A program made the translations under genes and the position numbers. A stretch of DNA of 64,000 nt from sequence record PZ386957.1; one strand, 5' to 3'. This document shows positions 13,188 through 20,469 of the stretch, one piece after another. The notes beneath the pieces were generated by a model, which made no database searches, was not told the DNA's origin, and was given only the letters and a program-made list of their open reading frames with translations. Positions within the stretch are counted from its first letter, which is position 1; every line of letters begins with the position of its first letter. The DNA comes from a phage.

Positions 13188-14114
13188 ATGGTTAGTGTAG
13201 AATCGAAAATCCGGCAATTACAAAACGGATTTGTTCAAGGCGAAATTACCCAGTTTACTGGTAATGAATCGAATGCTTTGATGGAAAGTGATGTTGAACG
13301 AATTTCTAATTCAATCAACACGGAACTAATCGATCCGGTTATTGATTTTGTTATTGCGTGCGATGACGTAATTTCAGAATCAGCGACGGAAGCACTTAAA
13401 GCGGCGGAAGCCGCTAAAAATCTTGCTGATGTAGCAGATGCCACGGCAGGGCAGTCTATGAGTAAAGCGACAGACGCGCTAGCTAAAGCAAATCATGCTG
13501 ATTCAGAAGCAACAAGGGCGCATGATCGATTAGATAAACTCAATATTCCACAAATCCCAAACTTAGACGGTCATACGTGGAATTGGCTACCGCGTTCATT
13601 TGACAGCGTATCAATTAAATTGGGTAACGGTGTTACATTAGCAGATGCGCAGCAAAAACCGCGTATTATATGGACACCAATTAGACAAAACTTTGAAACA
13701 GGTCGATATTATCTCGAAGGTAGATTTGAAGCCCGTTTTAAAGTCATGCTGATGGATTGGATTCAAACTCCCGGTTCGGGTGGTCATATTTTCTATTTGG
13801 GAGGTACTCAAAGTCTCGCATCATTTAACGGTAGGATTTATCCTCAAAACTTGTCAAATGATGTTATGAAACCTATGAGTATTCAGGTTAACGCATATTC
13901 CGCTAAAGATACCCAAATGATTTTCGGTGCTAGCGCCGATGCATCACTTTCTAATTCTCAGGAAGTGAAATTGGCTATTTTGGCAGATATTGGTTCAGAT
14001 AGATTCGACCGTTATGGCGATCCAGTTTATGTTGATTTGGTTATGACGTTCCAGCGTGACAGTGAAGGTAACTTTGGTTTTGGTAATAATTTATTCCCAT
14101 CTATTTCACCTTAA
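13188..14114 (+). CDS. Fibre-like protein, paralog A (shared N-terminal module with 14166-15521)
   Basis: 308 aa; N-terminal segment ISNSINTELIDPVIDFVIACDDVISE matches ISQTINDALIDPVVNFIAECDAVIVE in the next gene; Ala-rich helical region then distinct C-terminal domain. Confidence 0.75.
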   Translation: MVSVESKIRQLQNGFVQGEITQFTGNESNALMESDVERISNSINTELIDPVIDFVIACDDVISESATEALKAAEAAKNLADVADATAGQSMSKATDALAKANHADSEATRAHDRLDKLNIPQIPNLDGHTWNWLPRSFDSVSIKLGNGVTLADAQQKPRIIWTPIRQNFETGRYYLEGRFEARFKVMLMDWIQTPGSGGHIFYLGGTQSLASFNGRIYPQNLSNDVMKPMSIQVNAYSAKDTQMIFGASADASLSNSQEVKLAILADIGSDRFDRYGDPVYVDLVMTFQRDSEGNFGFGNNLFPSISP

Positions 14115-14124
14115 TTGTCAATTT

Positions 14125-14143
14125 TCGGGGCGCTATGCCCCGA
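14125..14143 (+). other. Hairpin TCGGGGCGCTATGCCCCGA between the two fibre paralogs
   Basis: 7-bp GC stem seen in sequence, no T-tract; lies between the stop at 14114 and the RBS of the gene starting at 14166. Confidence 0.4.
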
Positions 14144-14165
14144 TCTAATTACTGGAGAATGCTTT

Positions 14166-15521
14166 ATGCTAAGAAACCGTTTAAAAGCTGTACCGTCTTT
14201 TACTCCTGGCGAAATGGGTAACATCACCACACAAGATGAGCATTGCTTGATGGAACATGATATTCCTATCATTTCACAGACTATTAACGATGCTCTAATT
14301 GATCCGGTTGTTAATTTTATTGCGGAATGTGATGCCGTAATTGTTGAAGGTATGGGAACTATTGCCGATACCGTCGATATTATCGATAAAAAAGCCGATA
14401 ATGCAATTTCAATGGCACACTATGCTGATACTCGATCCGGTGAGGCTATGACTAAGGCAACCGAGGCCAAAACAATAGCAGACGAGAGCAAAGCAGAAAA
14501 TACCGCTTTAAAAGCCCGTATCGACACCATAGAGCCAGAAATCGGTGTAATTAATGGTAACGTAGCAGAAGCACAGAAAAACGCGTCAGACGCGCTCTCA
14601 AGCGTTTCTACGCTAAATCAGAAAGTAGACGAAGTAAAAACCGTCGCTGATAATGCAACCGTGGAGATCACTGGTATTAAACCACAAGTACAAAGTCTGG
14701 AATCCGTTGTATCAGATGCCTATAGTGGGATTGCTGTATTAAGCAAAGATGTAGAGAAATTAAAAACTGATGTACAGAGCGCAGATACAAAGGCCGCAAG
14801 CGCAGGAACTAAAGCAGGTGAGGTAGAGACACAACTCAATGCATTATCACCGCGCGTGGATACCGTAGAAAGCGATTTGGCACAAATGCAAACCACGGTC
14901 AACGGCATCAACGACAAAGTAAATGATACTACGGTTAAAGCAGATAATGCGGTAAGCAAAGCGACTGCGGCAGAGCAAAAAGTAGACTCGCTGGAGCCAA
15001 ATGTTCAAACCGCTACGCAGAATGCTGAAACAGCTTTGACAACGGCACAAGCGGCAAGTGGTGAAGCAGCAACCGCAAAAGCTAAAGCAGAAGATGCGGT
15101 CACTGAATCAGGTGAGGCTAAGTTATTGGCAGAAGAAGCCAACAATAAAGCAACCACAGCAGAATCTAATATCAATACTCTTACTAGTCGCGTTTCTACT
15201 CTGGAAACCGATAAAGTTAAGATCCAGCGTTTTACATTTATGGAAGACCGTCGAATCGGTGGCGGTGGTACAACTTTCCGACGTATTAACGTACCTGGCG
15301 TTAAAGTTGGTGATACAGCCACGTTACAAATGTATGAAGATTTTCAACACAAAAGCCTATTAATTTTGCAAGCTCATGTGATTGATGCTGATACTATCGT
15401 AACATCTGTATATAATTTGTCAACTTCCCCGATGAACATCGGCAAGAAAATGCTAGTTACTATAATTAGCTCAAATGATGTAATTACGCAGGATGTAGAG
15501 GCGGTTGTATCGTCCAACTAA
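14166..15521 (+). CDS. Fibre-like coiled-coil protein, paralog B
   Basis: 452 aa from ATG at 14166 (GGAG 8 nt upstream); track start at 14115 overlaps the hairpin. Long Ala/Thr/Lys/Glu-rich heptad-like region, small beta-rich C-terminal domain. Confidence 0.75.
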   Translation: MLRNRLKAVPSFTPGEMGNITTQDEHCLMEHDIPIISQTINDALIDPVVNFIAECDAVIVEGMGTIADTVDIIDKKADNAISMAHYADTRSGEAMTKATEAKTIADESKAENTALKARIDTIEPEIGVINGNVAEAQKNASDALSSVSTLNQKVDEVKTVADNATVEITGIKPQVQSLESVVSDAYSGIAVLSKDVEKLKTDVQSADTKAASAGTKAGEVETQLNALSPRVDTVESDLAQMQTTVNGINDKVNDTTVKADNAVSKATAAEQKVDSLEPNVQTATQNAETALTTAQAASGEAATAKAKAEDAVTESGEAKLLAEEANNKATTAESNINTLTSRVSTLETDKVKIQRFTFMEDRRIGGGGTTFRRINVPGVKVGDTATLQMYEDFQHKSLLILQAHVIDADTIVTSVYNLSTSPMNIGKKMLVTIISSNDVITQDVEAVVSSN

Positions 15522-15547
15522 TTTAATTCATCAATGGAGGTATTAAC

Positions 15548-15700
15548 ATGAGCAAGAAAATAGATGGCTATGTTAAATTAACTCAAAAACAATATGATGA
15601 ATTGATGTTAGCGATTGCATATGCAATTATTCGTTCTGATTTGGCAATTAGTTTAATTCACAAAACTAATCGTAGTATTGAGAACGTAGCCAGCAAATAA
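15548..15700 (+). CDS. Small protein (50 aa), below the ORF-track length cutoff
   Basis: ATG preceded by GGAGG; MSKKIDGYVKLTQKQYDELMLAIAYAIIRSDLAISLIHKTNRSIENVASK; followed by a terminator. Confidence 0.5.
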   Translation: MSKKIDGYVKLTQKQYDELMLAIAYAIIRSDLAISLIHKTNRSIENVASK

Positions 15701-15706
15701 CCTTTT

Positions 15707-15738
15707 AGGGGGAGTCCTTCGGGACTCCCTTTTCTTTT
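15707..15738 (+). terminator. Rho-independent terminator (GGGAGTCC-TTCG-GGACTCCC + T-run)
   Basis: 8-bp stem with TTCG loop followed by TTTTCTTTT. Confidence 0.75.
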
Positions 15739-15745
15739 ATAAATA
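15738..15745 (+). promoter_or_regulatory. T4-type late promoter TATAAATA upstream of gene 24
   Basis: Exact TATAAATA 37 nt upstream of the gene 24 ATG. Confidence 0.7.
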
Positions 15746-15781
15746 CATCATATCCATAAAACAAATACAGGATTCATAAAC

Positions 15782-17029
15782 ATGAAAGTAACCAATCAAT
15801 TTAATGAACTTTTGCGAGAGTCCACTACGTCTGTAGCAAACCAGACAGCACGCCCACAATTATTATCACTGACTCGCGCGGTTAATAACCTGATTTTCTC
15901 TGACTTAGTAGCAATCCAGCCAACCGAACAACCTGTGTGCGCTCTGTATGGCCTACGCTATCTCAATCGTGATGGTCAGATGACTTATCGTAGTGCAGCT
16001 ACTTACGGTGGTGCAGCAGGTGATCGCACAGGGATCGAAGAATTTAACAAAGAAAAAGATTATCAAGCGGGCGATCTGTTTGACTACGAAAACGTGGTTT
16101 ATCAGGTTGTTGAGGCTGGCGTAGTTAGTGCTGGCGCAACTACTGATGAAGAGGCAATTTTCAAAGGTGTAATGGCTAACAAAATCCGTTTCTATAGTGA
16201 TTGTGCACCAACGGAATATTTCGAAGATGCAAACACCGAAATTTCCACAACTAGCATGGATTTTGATAAATGGCAGGTTAATGTAGGTTCTCGTAAACTG
16301 AAAACCGAATTTACTACCGAGTTTATGCAGGATCTGGAAGCAAACCAGATGAACTCCGAAAATGCAGTAGTGGATCTGTTGGCTACGGTAGCCTCAGAAG
16401 AAATTAACAAAGATATCATGCAGAAGTTGATCACTATATCAACTCGTTATAAAATTAAAGGTGTAACCCCAGATGGTGTTCTTTCTTTGGTGGGTGTACA
16501 GGATGCACCGAAACAAGCGCGTGAACTCTACAGATATGCATGTGAAATGAGTAATCATATGCTTCGCACTTCGTCCTTTGGTGGCACTTACGTTCTTGCG
16601 TCTTCCCGTATAGTCGGACTTCTCCAGTCTACTGGATGGATGGAAGAAACTGATAATGCATTAAGTGAAGGCCGTTTACGTTGTGGCTTAGAAGTCTATG
16701 CAGATACTGTTACCCCGTTTGATTATATGCTCGTTGGTTGTAAACATATGATCGGTGACATGGAAAGCATTGGATCTCTTTTCTATTCTCCATACACAGA
16801 AGCCGATGGCGCTGGTGCATATAAGAGCGTAATTGATCCGAATAGTTTCAACCATAAAGTAGCAATCATGAATAGATATGCACTTTCAGTTAACCCATAC
16901 ACCGCCAAACAAGATCAAGATGTACATACTCCAGTTAAAGGCGATGAATGGAATAAACTGGCAGGTCGTTCAGAAATGTCTTATATTCTGGGTATTGAAC
17001 TGCCACCGCTTGAAATTGATAATGCCTAA
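15782..17029 (+). CDS. 24: Head vertex protein
   Basis: 415 aa; collinear with T4 gp24 (NELLRESTT, SANPYT near the C-terminus). Confidence 0.93.
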   Translation: MKVTNQFNELLRESTTSVANQTARPQLLSLTRAVNNLIFSDLVAIQPTEQPVCALYGLRYLNRDGQMTYRSAATYGGAAGDRTGIEEFNKEKDYQAGDLFDYENVVYQVVEAGVVSAGATTDEEAIFKGVMANKIRFYSDCAPTEYFEDANTEISTTSMDFDKWQVNVGSRKLKTEFTTEFMQDLEANQMNSENAVVDLLATVASEEINKDIMQKLITISTRYKIKGVTPDGVLSLVGVQDAPKQARELYRYACEMSNHMLRTSSFGGTYVLASSRIVGLLQSTGWMEETDNALSEGRLRCGLEVYADTVTPFDYMLVGCKHMIGDMESIGSLFYSPYTEADGAGAYKSVIDPNSFNHKVAIMNRYALSVNPYTAKQDQDVHTPVKGDEWNKLAGRSEMSYILGIELPPLEIDNA

Positions 17030-17617
17030 CTAAATACCAATCCAATCTAATGTAGATCCGCCCAAGATTTTTTCAACGGCGGATCTATTTTCCTGATGAT
17101 ACAAGTTAAAGCATGGTATCCCATGTCTACGAGCAACATAAACAGCAATTCGAGTTCCTCCCGAAACGATTCCATTTACTTCTTTCGCCCAGAATATCAC
17201 ACAATCCACAGGATCATCAAGTGTCTCACCCAAGACTTGAGCAACATTTCTAGAAAACAGATTTTGCATGTATAACGGTATAGAACGAGGATTATCATAA
17301 ACATGTTCTAATTCATCCATTGCCAGATTCTTTTGTTCTAAAGTTTGCCAAGCAATAACATCATGACCGTTATGCTTATGGTCATAAAACTTCCAATTTG
17401 GTATGAATATTTTTCTATAATCAGGGTCGTAATACTTCATGAAAGCATTATCCATACCGTAAGCCCCTCCAGAATGAGCTATAACGCGATTTTCTGACAA
17501 TACCCTCCCAATGGTACTAGCCAATACTAAAATGTCGCTAGGCGCTTTTCTAGAGCCGATTAAAGCACATCTACGAAGTGGTTTTACTCCAAATAGATCT
17601 TGTAACTGGTCAAACAT
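17030..17617 (-). CDS. DprA/Smf-like Rossmann-fold protein (putative ssDNA-binding recombination mediator)
   Basis: 195 aa; motifs LIGSRKAP, VIAHSGGAYGMDNAF, FSRNVAQVLG, IVSGGTRIAVYVARRHGIP resemble the DprA core; RBS GGAGG. Confidence 0.6.
   Translation of the reverse strand: MFDQLQDLFGVKPLRRCALIGSRKAPSDILVLASTIGRVLSENRVIAHSGGAYGMDNAFMKYYDPDYRKIFIPNWKFYDHKHNGHDVIAWQTLEQKNLAMDELEHVYDNPRSIPLYMQNLFSRNVAQVLGETLDDPVDCVIFWAKEVNGIVSGGTRIAVYVARRHGIPCFNLYHQENRSAVEKILGGSTLDWIGI
17043..17085 (+). terminator. Terminator for gene 24 embedded in the 3' coding end of the convergent minus-strand gene
   Basis: Perfect 10-bp inverted repeat TAGATCCGCC...GGCGGATCTA with 15-nt loop followed by TATTTTCC. Confidence 0.5.
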
Positions 17618-18001
17618 AATATTTCCTCCATAGAAAGCAATATCATACTACAAGTTAATAACAAATACAAGTATCCGCGTAGCGGAAGCGAGCACAGCGA
17701 GCAATAAAACACTTCCAGTAATTGATTAATAAATGTTCGAAACAAATTTTTATTATTCTATAAGATAAGTCTTCGTTTTGATCATAATTTAATCATACTA
17801 ACAAAACTGATCATCAAAGATATCGCTTCGCGAACTCCTTCGGAGTATAACATTTATGTTACAATATGTGGTGTTTAATTATTAACCAAAGATACAATTT
17901 CTATATCTATAAGATACTTCTTCGTTTTGATTATATTTTAGTCAAACTGTATTATTTGTGTACTAATGTAAACTTAAAGTGTGTAAAAATAGATACAAAA
18001 A

Positions 18002-18021
18002 AGCCGCCCAGAAGGACGGCT
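18002..18021 (-). terminator. Rho-independent terminator for the 19118 early operon
   Basis: On minus strand AGCCGTCC-TTCT-GGGCGGCT followed by TTTTTT. Confidence 0.65.
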
Positions 18022-18029
18022 AAAGTTAA

Positions 18030-18467
18030 TTATTTGTTAATAATGATTTGATTCTGACGGATCGTTACATTGCTTTTAGAGATGATCAGGTCATCCGGCA
18101 CTACGTTAGTTTTGTATGGCTGGAAGCGAACAAGCATCTGATTGCGTTTAGACCCTTCTTTGATCTTGATCTCCATTTGGATATTCCCACCTACACGCAC
18201 TACTGCGACCTGACCTTTATTTTCGTATACCCATTTGCTAGTATCATCACCAGCGAAAGCCTTAACGATCTGCAACGCTTCGTCATATGCAGTAGAGCTA
18301 TGAACTTCTAACAGACCTGCCGTTGCCAGACGGGAGCAGGTGATCGCCGGAGATTGCCATACATCAACATTGATTTGCTCGATCAAAGTTGCACCGCCCA
18401 GATCAACTGCTTTGAATGCTTCGAACATTGCTTTTTTCATTGCTACGTGGTTTTTACGGAATTTCAT
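18030..18467 (-). CDS. Hypothetical protein (145 aa)
   Basis: ORF with GAGGTG RBS; no family recognised. Confidence 0.7.
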   Translation of the reverse strand: MKFRKNHVAMKKAMFEAFKAVDLGGATLIEQINVDVWQSPAITCSRLATAGLLEVHSSTAYDEALQIVKAFAGDDTSKWVYENKGQVAVVRVGGNIQMEIKIKEGSKRNQMLVRFQPYKTNVVPDDLIISKSNVTIRQNQIIINK

Positions 18468-18513
18468 AATTATTCACCTCTATTGATTAAGTATTCATAT
18501 TGTCAATTTCAAA

Positions 18514-18798
18514 TCAGGACAATGCCTTATTGAATGCGTCCATTATAACAGTGTTTTTCGGTGTGTCAACTCTTTTTATTGTTGCTGGCTTAACTTTTTT
18601 GCGGTTCTTGTTAATGTGACGTTTGCGATAAACTACCTTTTCACGGTTGGCGTAAGCCTCGCGAGCGTCTTTAACCATTAACCATGCTTTCGCGGCTTCT
18701 TGTCCACTGATACCGCCTAGTGTTCTAGCAATATCAACAAAGTTCATACCTTTGTCCTCGCGGAGCATGTAAACCATCAATGCTTTCTGTTTGTCCAT
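18514..18798 (-). CDS. Small basic protein with helix-turn-helix-like segment
   Basis: 94 aa; MNFVDIARTLGGISGQEAAKAW looks HTH-like; K/R-rich C-terminus. Confidence 0.6.
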   Translation of the reverse strand: MDKQKALMVYMLREDKGMNFVDIARTLGGISGQEAAKAWLMVKDAREAYANREKVVYRKRHINKNRKKVKPATIKRVDTPKNTVIMDAFNKALS

Positions 18799-18995
18799 TA
18801 TTTCGCACCATCAACGATTAACAGGATAGTGATCAGTACCGGAATCTGGATCATGACAGTACCAAAAAACCGGATAAACGCATTTTCTGACTTCCATACA
18901 TTACACGCTGCTAGCTGATAGCACATTGTTGCAACCAGAGCAAGAATATAAACAGAAAGTGGTGTAACTTCGATCAGTCGCAAAATCTCATTCAT
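18798..18995 (-). CDS. Small membrane protein (two hydrophobic segments)
   Basis: 65 aa; LSVYILALVATMCYQLAA and VMIQIPVLITILLIV; RBS GAGGTG. Confidence 0.6.
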   Translation of the reverse strand: MNEILRLIEVTPLSVYILALVATMCYQLAACNVWKSENAFIRFFGTVMIQIPVLITILLIVDGAK

Positions 18996-19003
18996 AATTC
19001 ACC

Positions 19004-19075
19004 TCATACATTCATAAACACAACAACGAATAAGACAGTAACAGTTATCAATGCCATTTTCAACCCCATATTCAT
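19004..19075 (-). CDS. Candidate 23-aa hydrophobic peptide (MNMGLKMALITVTVLFVVVFMNV)
   Basis: ATG 8 nt after GTGAGGA, just downstream of a consensus promoter; too short to be certain. Confidence 0.3.
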   Translation of the reverse strand: MNMGLKMALITVTVLFVVVFMNV

Positions 19076-19117
19076 AATATTTTCCTCACTAGGACGAGCT
19101 ACCCGTCGATGTGTGCC

Positions 19118-19145
19118 ATTATAGGCCACTAAACCACGCTGTCAA
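19118..19145 (-). promoter_or_regulatory. Sigma70-type early promoter (TTGACA-16-TATAAT)
   Basis: Consensus -35 and -10 hexamers on minus strand upstream of the 19075-18030 operon. Confidence 0.7.
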
Positions 19146-19160
19146 GCATAAAAACAAAAA

Positions 19161-19180
19161 AGCCACCCTCTCGGATGGCT
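19161..19180 (-). terminator. Terminator after hoc-like gene 1
   Basis: Hairpin AGCCATCC..GGTGGCT followed by TTTTTTGTTTTT on minus strand. Confidence 0.6.
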
Positions 19181-19191
19181 TAAGATAAAAA

Positions 19192-20424
19192 TCACGCAGG
19201 AGGCGCTTCACGGATGCGTAGCACCCGCTCTAAGATCTCGCGATCAAGTTTGTGGAACTCTTTGGAATTGTACATGAAACCGTTTCGTGATTCCATGCAA
19301 ATGCAGTCGCTATATTTTTCTTCTGCCGCTGCAATCGTCTCCAGATCACGCGCGTATCGGCTTGTTTCATAAACATGACGTTCGCGCCATTCTAAACCAG
19401 CTTCATTGAATTTAACAATCTCATCGAATACCCACCAGCCTATATAAATGAAGGATGTTTTACGCCACGGGATCGGGTGAACATATCGCCACATTTTGTG
19501 TAGGGAATCAACAATGGTCATTGTGCATTTTCGGCTTTCCTGATAGGAAAGTTCTACTGTCGCACTACCAATAGTCTGGTAAAGTTTAGCGATACACCAG
19601 AAAGACGCATGATCATCATGTGTTGCTCGTTCTTTAAACAGATGACCATCTGGCATAATGGCAAACCCTTCTAATACCTCACCTACTTCTGTTCCAAGTA
19701 AAGTCGGTTTAGCTTGTCCTTCGCGTTGCAGATACCAATTATATTTGATTGTTAGTGCTGGCATACCGCTAGAATCGCCTACAACGTCCTCTGACACGCT
19801 AAACGGCAATAGAATCTCCTTACCTACAGCTACGATTTTTGACGCTGGTACATCGCTTTCTGTGCGCAATGATGCAAGCATTACTTTAACCGATGAACTA
19901 TCAGCCGATGCCTCATTTTCGCCCCATACTTTAACAGTATACACACCATTATCAGAATTGCTAAAATCCTGAATTGTTAAATTCTCTTGTATTCCTAAAT
20001 CTTCTCCACCTTTACTCCATTCATAATGGATCACGTATGAATCGGAAGGAGCTTTACCGCCTGAATATGAAACCTTAGTATGCAATACTACGTCAGTGTG
20101 AGTAGGAACATAGAAATGTGATGGTTCGGTGATCGTCACAACTAATGCTGTTTCGTCCATGCGAAGTGCATCGCTGGTTACTTCTTCGCCTGAATCGGTA
20201 TCACGCACCGTAATTTTATATGCACCTGCATTTGCGGCAGTGGCATTAGCAATGCTTAAAGTTGCTGTATCCCCTTCATGTGGTTTATTATCTTTTGTCC
20301 ATGTATAAGTCAGATTGCTGGGTAATGGATCGCCTCCAACCGCTTCAACCGTCGCAGTTAGTGTAAATGCATCACCAGGAAGAAAACATGCTTTATCTGA
20401 CTTGAGTTTAACAGTAAATGCCAT
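19192..20424 (-). CDS. hoc: Hoc-like outer capsid protein, short paralog (Ig-like domains + Hoc capsid-binding C-terminus)
   Basis: 410 aa; Ig-like repeats; C-terminal RYVHPIPWRKTSFIYIGWWVFDEI...ESRNG matches the T4 Hoc C-terminal domain (YVHPLP...GWWVMDEI...ESRNGY). Confidence 0.85.
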   Translation of the reverse strand: MAFTVKLKSDKACFLPGDAFTLTATVEAVGGDPLPSNLTYTWTKDNKPHEGDTATLSIANATAANAGAYKITVRDTDSGEEVTSDALRMDETALVVTITEPSHFYVPTHTDVVLHTKVSYSGGKAPSDSYVIHYEWSKGGEDLGIQENLTIQDFSNSDNGVYTVKVWGENEASADSSSVKVMLASLRTESDVPASKIVAVGKEILLPFSVSEDVVGDSSGMPALTIKYNWYLQREGQAKPTLLGTEVGEVLEGFAIMPDGHLFKERATHDDHASFWCIAKLYQTIGSATVELSYQESRKCTMTIVDSLHKMWRYVHPIPWRKTSFIYIGWWVFDEIVKFNEAGLEWRERHVYETSRYARDLETIAAAEEKYSDCICMESRNGFMYNSKEFHKLDREILERVLRIREAPPA

Positions 20425-20445
20425 ATAGCCACTCCATAGAGAAAA

Positions 20446-20463
20446 GTCGCCCCGAAGGGCGAC
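20446..20463 (-). terminator. Hairpin terminator between the two hoc paralogs
   Basis: GTCGCCC-CGAA-GGGCGAC followed on minus strand by TTTTCTC. Confidence 0.55.
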
Positions 20464-20469
20464 TATTAA

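Noticed and set aside
17866-18051. 61-aa plus-strand ORF in the non-coding region upstream of the DprA-like gene
   Set aside because: AT-rich region, no RBS, overlaps a terminator; more likely regulatory DNA.
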